64,000 nt of DNA from Dehalococcoidia bacterium (lineage in GTDB: Bacteria > Chloroflexota > Dehalococcoidia > SpSt-223), in assembly GCA_026003895.1 (NCBI GenBank), contig BPIC01000003.1, positions 175,148 through 239,147 of the forward strand, given 5' to 3'. The position numbers and the translations under genes are program-made. Shown piece by piece: positions 53,385-61,844 of this stretch; position 1 is the stretch's first letter, and each line of letters opens with the position of its first letter. The notes beneath the pieces were generated by a model. The model worked only from the letters and a program-made list of their open reading frames with translations. It made no database searches and was not told where the DNA came from.

Positions 53385-54089
53385 ATGACGCCGTATACGC
53401 TGCTGGTGTCGCTGCATATCCTGCTCATCGTCACCTGGCTGGGGATGGACATCGGCCTGTTCACCAGTTCGTTTTGGGTCCGAAACTCCAAGCTGTCGCC
53501 AGAGACCCGCTTGGCGATGGGGCGATTCGGCGGATTGATGGACATGGGGCCGCGCTCCAGCCTCGTGCTGATGCTTGGCGTTGGCATCCTCCTTTCCTAC
53601 TACGGGGGATGGGCCCTCGGCTGGCTGCCGCAACCGGTGATCTGGCTGATCATCGCGCTGCTGCTCGTCTGGCTGTGGGCGATCTGGCAGCAGTACCTCG
53701 CCGTCCACGACGCCTCCGCGGGGCACGACATCGGCCGGCGCGTGGTTTTCATGCGCCAGTTCCGCACCTTCGACATGTATCTGCGCCTCGCGATCGCCAT
53801 GGTGATGATCGGCCTCGGCGTCGCTAGCTTCTTCAACCTCCTTGGCCAGACCTATGGCTGGCTGAACACCAAGTTCATCCTGTTCGGGATCATCCTGCTG
53901 AACGGGGTCGCCATCCGCTTCGTCTCCGACGACTTTCCCATCGCGCTCGGTGAGATCGTCCGGCTCGGCTCGACGCCCGAACGCGAGCAGCGCCTGAATC
54001 GCGCCCTTTCGCGCGCCTATCCGTTCGTCCTCTTCCTGTGGAGCTTGATCGTCGTGCTGCTGGTACTCGGCGTCACCAAGCCGTTCTAG
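53385..54089 (+). CDS. integral membrane protein of unknown function (about 6 TM helices)
   Basis: Hydrophobic throughout (MTPYTLLVSLHILLIVTWLGMDIGLF...). Preceded by an extended -10 TGGTATACT at 53337-53345. Confidence 0.6.
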   Translation: MTPYTLLVSLHILLIVTWLGMDIGLFTSSFWVRNSKLSPETRLAMGRFGGLMDMGPRSSLVLMLGVGILLSYYGGWALGWLPQPVIWLIIALLLVWLWAIWQQYLAVHDASAGHDIGRRVVFMRQFRTFDMYLRLAIAMVMIGLGVASFFNLLGQTYGWLNTKFILFGIILLNGVAIRFVSDDFPIALGEIVRLGSTPEREQRLNRALSRAYPFVLFLWSLIVVLLVLGVTKPF

Positions 54090-54201
54090 TTCGGTAGGTT
54101 CGGGCGCCCTGCCTCGGCCGGGGCCGGCTGGCGCCTCACCCGGCTGAGGGGCTAAGCGACGTTTCCACGGCGCCTTTCCCACTCCGGCGATAGGCGGGAC
54201 G

Positions 54202-55170
54202 ATGAAGGCAGTTTACGTACGAGAGTTTGGCCCGATCGAGGCAATGGAGATCGTCGATCTGCCGGTGCCAATGCCGGGGCCAGGGCAAGTTTTGGTCCGC
54301 GTGAAGGCGTCCGGTATCAACTTTGCCGAAACGCGAATGCGCGCCGGCGACTATGGCGGGCAGACGGTTCCCTTCGTGATGGGCATGGAATCCGCCGGAA
54401 TTGTCGAGGCGGTCGCGCCGGACGTGACGGCCTTCCGGCCCGGAGACCGCGTGTTTGGGCGGGCGCGTGGCTCCCACGCCGAGTTCGTCGTCTTCGACGT
54501 GGCGCATCTCATGCCGTTGCCGGATCGGCTCAGCTTCGAAGAGGGCGCGGCGATCCCGGTCGGCTGGCTGACCGCTTGGCACGGCCTGATCACGCTCGCC
54601 GAGGTCCAACCGGGACAGCGTGTCCTGATCGAAGGGATCGCGAGCAGTGTCGGAAGCGCGGCGCTCCAAATCGCTCGCTGGCGTGGCGCATGGGTGGCTG
54701 GCACCGCCAGCCGTGACGAAAAGGTCGCCAAAGCGATCGAATGGGGTGCCAATGCCGCCTACAACTATCTCACCGACGATGTGCCAACGCGCCTCCGCGA
54801 GGAGACCGGCGGCCACGGCGCCGATGTCAGTATGTTGACGATCGGCGGCGAGCAGGGCGCAAAGACGGTGGCCGCGATGGGCGAGGACGGCACGGTGCTG
54901 CTGTTTGGAAGCACCGGCGGCCGGACGATGCCCCTCGATCTCAATATCGGCGCCCGCAATCTCCGGCTGCTGAGCTTCAGCATCACCTCGAGCAAGCGCT
55001 TCCTGCCCGAGACGATGGAGACGTTCAAACGCGTCGCGATCCCGCTCTTCGCCAACGGGCTGTTTAAGCCGGTGGTCGATCGGGTGCTGCCGCTCGACCA
55101 CGTCTACGAGGCGCACCGGCTGGTCGCGGACCGATCTCATTTTGGGAAGATCTTGCTCCGCGTGCCGTAG
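54202..55170 (+). CDS. NADPH:quinone oxidoreductase (MDR/zeta-crystallin family)
   Basis: MKAVYVREFGP...GQVLVRVKASGINFAE, PFVMGMESAGIVEAVG-like block, cofactor loop VLIEGIASSVGSAALQIAR, and the ending GKILLRVP. Confidence 0.85.
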   Translation: MKAVYVREFGPIEAMEIVDLPVPMPGPGQVLVRVKASGINFAETRMRAGDYGGQTVPFVMGMESAGIVEAVAPDVTAFRPGDRVFGRARGSHAEFVVFDVAHLMPLPDRLSFEEGAAIPVGWLTAWHGLITLAEVQPGQRVLIEGIASSVGSAALQIARWRGAWVAGTASRDEKVAKAIEWGANAAYNYLTDDVPTRLREETGGHGADVSMLTIGGEQGAKTVAAMGEDGTVLLFGSTGGRTMPLDLNIGARNLRLLSFSITSSKRFLPETMETFKRVAIPLFANGLFKPVVDRVLPLDHVYEAHRLVADRSHFGKILLRVP

Positions 55171-55667
55171 GGCGGCACGAGGCGAACCACGCGAACGGCT
55201 CGACTTGGGGCGACGGCCCAGCCTGGGGAGGACGCGCTGCGGGGGGTTGCTATCCTCCTGCCGTCGAACCGCCCGCTGCCGGCGGTGACGCTGGCCGATC
55301 TGCCTGCCACGTCCGGCTGCTGGTGAGCGGGTGGCGATCGGCGGACGCTGCAGCCATTTGGTTGCTGTTCCCCCGGCGACTACCGCGTCATCCTCACCGT
55401 GCTTGCGCTCGAGGACAGCGGGGTCCCCGCGTCCGATGCCCGTTCGACCGGATAACCTCGTGCGACAACGGCAGCGCTGAAACGCTCCTTCGCCGCCGCC
55501 GGTATTTTCTCCGGCGATGAGCTTCGGACGCCAGCTACGTCCTCAGGATGACGGCCTCGTGCGCCTACGCCCCGGGGATGAGCGCGAAATGTCACCACCG
55601 GCTGGATGTTGCGGCTCGCCGCCGTCCCTATGCTTGCCGGGACAGAGTGTCGGCAGGAGGCGCGTTG

Positions 55668-57199
55668 ATGGTGAGTGGATCCTCGTCCGACGGTCGGGTG
55701 AGCGGCCGTCGGAGGAGATGGCGGCTGGTGGCAGGGCTCCTTGTGAGCGTGGGTAGCAGTGGGGGTTGGGGCGAGCCTCCTCATTCCGCGGCTCATGCCG
55801 CAAACGGCGACGCCAACCATGCAGAGCGCAACCGTGCAACGCGGGGCCATCGCTCAGACGGTGATGATGTCGGGAAGTACGGCGCCGGGTGGACAAGCGA
55901 ACCTCTCGTTCGGCACGAACGGCCGGCTGGCAGAGGTGTTTGTCAAAGTTGGAGACGAGGTGACAGCCGGCCAGCCGCTGGCGAAGCTCGACACGGGAGA
56001 CCTCGAGCTGGCGCTTCGCCAAGCGCGAGCCAGCCTCGCCTCAGCACAAGCCAACGCCGCGGAGACGAGCGCCGGACCGAAGGCGTCGGAGCTTGCGAGC
56101 GCGGCGAGCGCCGTCACGTCGGCAGAGGCGAATTTGGTCAAGGCCCGGTCCGACTTGGAGGCGCTAACGCGGCCCAAGTCGGCAGACGAGGTGGCGAGCG
56201 CGGCGGCAGCGCTCGAGAAGGCGCGCGCCGCGCTGCAGGACGCTCAGACTGCCTACGACCGAGTGGCGTGGCGAAACGACGCCTCGGCGACGAGCCAAGC
56301 GGTCACGCTCCAAACGGCCACCGCCGACTATCAGGCGGCGCTTGCCGCCTACAACCTCGCGATTGCGCCGCCAAAGCCCAACGAAGTCGCTGCCGCTGAG
56401 GCGGCCGTGCGCACTGCGACCGACGCGCTCGAATCGGCGAAGGTGAAATTGGCAGAAGTGCAGGCGGGCCCCACCTCGGGGACCATTGCGTCGGCGCGCG
56501 CCTCGGTTGAGCAAGCCGCGGTCGCCGTCGCCACCGCCGAACGGAATCTCCAAAACGCGACCCTCCTTGCCCCGTTTGCCGGCCGCATTGCCGCAGTCAA
56601 TTTTCGCCCGGGGGGAAACGGTCTCCGGAGCGCTGCTTACCCTCGTCGATACTCGCTCGACGCGCTTCGAGGGCGTCGTCGATGAGCAAAACGCGCCGCG
56701 TGTCAAGGTGGGGCAGGAAGCGACGGTCTCATTCTCTTCGCTGGCAGGGACAGTCTATCGAGGCACGATCCAGAGCATTGCGCCGACCGCGACCGTGGTA
56801 AACGGCGTTTCCACCTACAGCGTCGTCATCGCGCTGGATACGAAGGGCGAAGAGCTGCTTGGCGGACTGTCAGGCACGGCGCAGATCCTAGTCCAACGGA
56901 AAACCGATGCCCTGCTGGTCCCGACGTGGGCCGTCCAATCGAGTGGTGGCCGCCGCGCCGTAACCGTCCGGCAGCCGGACGGCACGACAGAGACGCGCGA
57001 GGTGCAGGTGGGCATCTCCGACGGATTGCAGACCGAAATTGTAAGCGGGGTGCGGGAAGGCGAGGTCGTGGTGGCCACGACGGCGGGGACGACGCGAACC
57101 ACGGCGACGACGGGTGGCGGATCGCCTCCGGTCGTCGTGCCCGTGCCGGGTGGCGGACCACCCGCAGGAGGCGGTCGTCCACCGGGAGGCGGCGGCTGA
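55668..57199 (+). CDS. efflux transporter periplasmic adaptor (HlyD/MacA family); as assembled, two +1 frameshifts (G5 55761-55765, G6 56610-56615)
   Basis: ATG 55668 lies 7 nt after AGGAGG. The TM anchor [18 protein letters not shown]|VGASLLIP spans frames 0 and 1. Lipoyl/coiled-coil blocks ([24 protein letters not shown]; long Ala-rich hairpin) follow. [15 protein letters not shown]|[12 protein letters not shown]... continues in the frame of ORF 56486..57199. Removing one G at each run restores one 509-aa protein. Confidence 0.7.
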
Positions 57200-57933
57200 T
57201 GGGCGCCCCGGTTCTCGACGTCGAGAATGTCACCAAGCACTATCAACTCGGCGCCGAACGGGTGGAAGCCTTGCGGGGCGTCAGTTTCCGCGTCGAACGA
57301 GGCGAACTCATCGCGATTATGGGCCCGTCTGGCTCTGGCAAGTCGACGTTGATGAACATCCTCGGCTGTCTCGACCAGCCGACGTCCGGCAGCTATCGGC
57401 TCGATGGGATCGAGACGAGCCGACTGAGCGATTCCGAGCTTGCCCGAGTTCGCGGGCGAAAGATTGGGTTTGTCTTTCAGGGCTTCAACTTGTTGAAGCG
57501 TGTGCCCGCAATCGAGCAAGTGGAATTGCCGCTGGTCTATCTCGGTGTAGCAGACCGCCGGGAGCGGGCCCGCGCCGCGCTCGCCGCAGTCGGCCTCGCC
57601 GATCGCGCCAACCACAGGCCGACGGAGCTCTCTGGCGGGCAGCAACAGCGAATCGCGATCGCGCGGGCGCTGGTCAGCGAGCCGAGCCTGATCCTCGCCG
57701 ACGAGCCCACCGGCAACCTCGACACGAAGACGAGCGAGGAGATCATGGCCATCTTCCAAGCGCTCAATCGCGAGCGCGGGATCACGATTGTCTTTGTGAC
57801 CCACGAGCCCGATATTGCGCGCCACACCCGGCGCATCGTGACCATCCGCGATGGCCGGCTGGTCTCCGATGAGCCAGTCGACGCTCCGCTCGTCGCACGG
57901 GACCTTCTCACGACGCTGGCGGTCGCCCCATGA
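57199..57933 (+). CDS. macB: ABC transporter ATP-binding protein (MacB/LolD type)
   Basis: Walker [11 protein letters not shown]-loop, signature [15 protein letters not shown], Walker [13 protein letters not shown]. The start overlaps the adaptor stop (TGATG). Confidence 0.9.
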   Translation: MGAPVLDVENVTKHYQLGAERVEALRGVSFRVERGELIAIMGPSGSGKSTLMNILGCLDQPTSGSYRLDGIETSRLSDSELARVRGRKIGFVFQGFNLLKRVPAIEQVELPLVYLGVADRRERARAALAAVGLADRANHRPTELSGGQQQRIAIARALVSEPSLILADEPTGNLDTKTSEEIMAIFQALNRERGITIVFVTHEPDIARHTRRIVTIRDGRLVSDEPVDAPLVARDLLTTLAVAP

Positions 57934-59198
57934 GAGTGGTGGAGTCATTGCGGATCGCGCTGCGGGCGCTCAGTGCAAACAAGCTGCGCGCCTCCTTGAC
58001 CATGCTGGGCATGATCATTGGGGTGGCCTCGGTGATCATCTTGCTGGCGATTGGGCGAGGAACGCAAGCGAGCATCACCGAGCGGATCCGCAGTGCGGGA
58101 ACGAACGTGCTCTATATCTCGCCAGGGGCCACCCAGCAAGGTGGAGTACGTCAAGCAGCCGGCACCCAACAGACGCTGACGTACGAGGACGCGAAACTGC
58201 TCGCCCAGCCCGGCGCCGTGCCGCAGCTCGTTGGGGTTGCCCCGCAAGCGTCGGCCACGCGCCAAGTGATCGCGGGTGGACAGAACGTCTCGACGCGTGT
58301 TGTCGGCACAACGCCCGACTATCAACGCGTGCAGAACGCCACGGTGGCGAGCGGGCGCTTCTTCGACGCCGAAGATCTCGATTCCGCAGCCGCTGTGGCG
58401 GTGATCGGGCAGACCGTCGCGACCAACCTCTTTGGCGGGAGCAACCCGGTTGGGCAGACGATCGAGATTGGGCTGACGAACCGGCGCGTTGCGCTTCAGG
58501 TGATCGGAGTGTTGCAGGCACAAGGTGGGCAAGCGTTTGGCAATGCCGACGACGTGGTGCTGCTACCGATCGAGACGCTCTTTCGGCGGGTGGCGGTGAC
58601 ACGCACGCCGAGCGGCCGGCAGGTCGTGAACCAGATCAATGTCTCCCTGGCCAATGAGCAATTGGCGACCCGAGAAGCGGCGATCGCCCGGATCACCGCC
58701 TTGCTGCGCGCCAGTCACAACGTCGCCGAGAATGACTTTACCATTCAGAGTCAGGACCAGCTGCTGGAGACGGTGTCGCAGGTGACCGGGACGCTCACGT
58801 TGTTCCTTGGCGCGGTTGCCGGGATCTCGCTCGTCGTGGGAGGAATCGGCATCATGAACATCATGATCGTCTCGGTGACGGAGCGGACTCGCGAGATCGG
58901 CATCCGGAAAGCCGTCGGCGCCACACGACTGGACATTCTCCTGCAATTTCTCGTCGAAGCGCTCACGGTCAGCGCGATCGGCGGCGGGATTGGAGTCGTC
59001 CTCGGCGTGGTGGTTGCCCGCTTCGCCGGCGGGCTGCCTGGTTTGGGGCCAGGCTCGGGCAGCGCGAGCGCCTTGGTCACGCCCGACTCGATCGTCCTAG
59101 CGCTCGGGGTATCACTCGCCGTCGGCCTGTTTTTCGGAATCTATCCTGCGTTCACCGCCTCGCGGTTGCGGCCGATCGAGGCGCTGCGGTACGAATAG
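57930..59198 (+). CDS. ABC transporter permease (MacB/FtsX family)
   Basis: N-terminal MacB_PCD region and C-terminal FtsX block [38 protein letters not shown] overlap with the ATPase gene. Confidence 0.9.
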   Translation: MRVVESLRIALRALSANKLRASLTMLGMIIGVASVIILLAIGRGTQASITERIRSAGTNVLYISPGATQQGGVRQAAGTQQTLTYEDAKLLAQPGAVPQLVGVAPQASATRQVIAGGQNVSTRVVGTTPDYQRVQNATVASGRFFDAEDLDSAAAVAVIGQTVATNLFGGSNPVGQTIEIGLTNRRVALQVIGVLQAQGGQAFGNADDVVLLPIETLFRRVAVTRTPSGRQVVNQINVSLANEQLATREAAIARITALLRASHNVAENDFTIQSQDQLLETVSQVTGTLTLFLGAVAGISLVVGGIGIMNIMIVSVTERTREIGIRKAVGATRLDILLQFLVEALTVSAIGGGIGVVLGVVVARFAGGLPGLGPGSGSASALVTPDSIVLALGVSLAVGLFFGIYPAFTASRLRPIEALRYE

Positions 59199-59200
59199 CC

Positions 59201-60709
59201 ATGCGTCGAATCGTTCTGCTCGTCACGACGCTCGTGATCGCCGGTGCTACCCTCATCCCGGCAGGAGGGGCGCTCACGCAAGAGCTGTTCCGCTACTACC
59301 CGGAAACGGGGCATTACGTGAAGGGGGACTGGCTGGCGTGGTACCTCGCCCATGGGGGTCCAGAGCGCATCGGCGCCCCGCGGACCGAGGATTTCAAGGA
59401 GCTTGACCGGCTTGTCCAATATTTCCGGACAATCCGGCTGGAATGGGATTGTGGGCCGGACGGCCGCCAGCCTTGCCGGCTGCGACCGGGGACGCTCGGC
59501 GAGCAGATTCTGGGACGCTCGCTTGATCTGACGCCCGACCGGCAGAGTGCTGGCGTGCGCATCGGAGACACCCGCGTCTTCGCCGAGGTGGGACTCAGTG
59601 TCTCGGGGGAGTTCCTCGCCGTCTTTGACGAATTGGGTGGGGTCGAGTTCTTTGGGCTGCCGCTCACGGGGGAAGTCGTGGAGGCCGGCCAGACCGTGCA
59701 ATGGTTCCAGCGGGCGCGCCTACAGCGCGACGCCGATGGGGTCGTGCGTCTTTCGCGGCTGGGCGACTATTGGATCGATACGTTGAAGCGGGTTCCGCTC
59801 ATTGCGACATTGCGGCAGCCGCCGCCGGCCCCGGCACCGGCGCTGCCAGTCGCCGGCCCGACGCTCTCTGGGCACATCGCCTATCGCTCCGCCGCGGGAG
59901 AGATCATTCTCGTTTCGCTCGCTGATGGAACAGAGCGCGTGGTGGGCGCGGGCGCCGAGCCCGCGCTCTCGCCGGATGGGACACGGATCGCATACGTCCG
60001 AACGGGAGAGCAGCCCGGCGTCTGGGTGATCGACCTCCGGACGGGGAACGAAGAGCGCGTGGCAACCGACGCTGGCGTGCGCAGCCCGGTCTGGTCGCCC
60101 GATGGGACACGCCTTGCGATGTTGCGATCGAAGCAGGATCCGGTCCGGGGCGTCAACCCGGTGACGCGCCGTCCCGGTTGGTTCCTCGAAGATCATTACA
60201 GTGTGATGGTCGTCGACGTTGCGACACGGACGACAACGGACTTGCCGAGCCTGACGTTTAGCTCCTTTCCGAGTTGGTCGTCCGATGGAACGCGGATCGT
60301 CTTCGACGGCAACACGGGGCTGTATCTGATTCCGACCGACGGCACGGGCGTGCCGACGGTGATCCCGAACACGAACCGGCTGACGAGCCAACCGGCGTGG
60401 TCCCCCGATGGTCAGCGCCTCGCGCTGGTCTATAAGCGGAATGACAACGTCGATCTGGCGATCATGAATGTCGATGGCACGGGCTTTCAGCTCCTGACGG
60501 AGAGTCCGCGGACCACGCGGCAGAGCAACAACGTTGCGCCGGTGTGGTCGCCGGATGGCCGCTGGATCGCGTTCCTCTCGGACCGCGACGGCGCTTGGCA
60601 GGTGTACGCCATCGATCCCGAGACGCGGGTAATCCGGCCGCTGCTTGCCCACGACCTCGGTGTTGCCTTCACGTTTGCCGACGAGCGCGCCCTCAGTTGG
60701 AGCCGCTAG
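59201..60709 (+). CDS. secreted TolB-like PD40 beta-propeller protein with N-terminal GG..FG.P module
   Basis: Signal MRRIVLLVTTLVIAGATLIPAGGA. PD40 repeats: SPDGTRIAY, WSPDGTRLAM, WSSDGTRIVF, WSPDGQRLAL and WSPDGRWIAF. N-terminal ...LGGVEFFGLPLTGEVVEAGQTVQWFQRARLQ resembles the N-terminal domain of the 4095 protein. Confidence 0.7.
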   Translation: MRRIVLLVTTLVIAGATLIPAGGALTQELFRYYPETGHYVKGDWLAWYLAHGGPERIGAPRTEDFKELDRLVQYFRTIRLEWDCGPDGRQPCRLRPGTLGEQILGRSLDLTPDRQSAGVRIGDTRVFAEVGLSVSGEFLAVFDELGGVEFFGLPLTGEVVEAGQTVQWFQRARLQRDADGVVRLSRLGDYWIDTLKRVPLIATLRQPPPAPAPALPVAGPTLSGHIAYRSAAGEIILVSLADGTERVVGAGAEPALSPDGTRIAYVRTGEQPGVWVIDLRTGNEERVATDAGVRSPVWSPDGTRLAMLRSKQDPVRGVNPVTRRPGWFLEDHYSVMVVDVATRTTTDLPSLTFSSFPSWSSDGTRIVFDGNTGLYLIPTDGTGVPTVIPNTNRLTSQPAWSPDGQRLALVYKRNDNVDLAIMNVDGTGFQLLTESPRTTRQSNNVAPVWSPDGRWIAFLSDRDGAWQVYAIDPETRVIRPLLAHDLGVAFTFADERALSWSR

Positions 60710-60782
60710 GCCGCTGACAAGCAGCCTGCCGTTCGGCGCGGTACGATGCTCGCCGCAAACCGATCAGTCAGAAGGAGGCAAC

Positions 60783-61772
60783 ATGACGATGATCATCGAC
60801 GTCCATCGGCACCTGTGGGGATTTGACTGGTTCCCGCCCAGCCATCTCCGGTCTGGCGCGGAGGAGCGAGCACGGGCGACGAACCGCACGGTCGAGCAGG
60901 TGCTCGAGCGCATTCGCCAATCGCCGACGATGGACGAGACGGGCGAGGGCGCGATTCGAGAGATGGAGCAGTATGGGATCGACGTCTCGGTCATCCAGAC
61001 GCTCGATTGGGGCTATGCCTACGGGCCGGAGGAGGACTCCATCGTCCCCGTGGAAGAGTTCAACCGCAAGACGCTGGCGGTCTGCAAGAAGTATCCCGGC
61101 AGGTTGTACGCGATGGCGGGGATTGACCCGCGCCGGCCACGGGCAGTGAAGCTCTTCGAGGAAATGGTCGTCGAGCATGGCGCGGTTGGGCTGAAGGTCT
61201 ATCCCCCCTGCGGGTTCCAGCCGAACGATGAGATTTGCTGGCCGATATATAAGAAGGCGATCGAGCTCGATGTGCCGGTGCTGATCCACACTGGGGGCGT
61301 CGGATCTCGCCTCGCCAAGACGCGCTGGACGTGGCCAGAGTGGGTCGAAGAAGTCGGGGTGATGTTCCCCGAGTTACGCATCATGATGGGCCACACGAAT
61401 CTGCAAACCCCCTTTGAGACCGGGGCCTATTGGCGGGGGCTGACAGCAGCGCGCAGCAAGCCCAACATCTACCTCTACCTCTGTGACTGGCAGGTGTTGG
61501 GCGCGGTGAAAGAGGAAAATATCCCCGAATTGCTGCGGGTGATCCGCGTCTTTCTAGACACGGTGGGCCCGTATCGGATTGTCTGGGGCACGGATTTGCC
61601 GCAAACCGGCGTCGGGCGCAAAGCACAGCACGAGACCCAGACCTGGACCGATATCTTCAAGAACCTGCCGGAGTGGGGCGAGAAGTACGGCATCCGCTTC
61701 ACGGAAGAAGAGCGGGACGGGATCTGTCACCTCGCCGCCAAGCGCGTTTTCAGCAACATCTTCAAGGAGTAA
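60783..61772 (+). CDS. amidohydrolase-2 family metal-dependent hydrolase (ACMSD-like TIM barrel)
   Basis: ATG follows GAAGGAGG. MTMIIDVHRHLW (HxH), GLKVYP, VPVLIHTG, MGHT and WGTDLP. Confidence 0.8.
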   Translation: MTMIIDVHRHLWGFDWFPPSHLRSGAEERARATNRTVEQVLERIRQSPTMDETGEGAIREMEQYGIDVSVIQTLDWGYAYGPEEDSIVPVEEFNRKTLAVCKKYPGRLYAMAGIDPRRPRAVKLFEEMVVEHGAVGLKVYPPCGFQPNDEICWPIYKKAIELDVPVLIHTGGVGSRLAKTRWTWPEWVEEVGVMFPELRIMMGHTNLQTPFETGAYWRGLTAARSKPNIYLYLCDWQVLGAVKEENIPELLRVIRVFLDTVGPYRIVWGTDLPQTGVGRKAQHETQTWTDIFKNLPEWGEKYGIRFTEEERDGICHLAAKRVFSNIFKE

Positions 61773-61844
61773 GTCGCACTCGCTCTCTCGCGCTGGAAGA
61801 ACCTGTGAACGGTCACTCGCAGCATTCCGCGATGGGAGGAAGTG

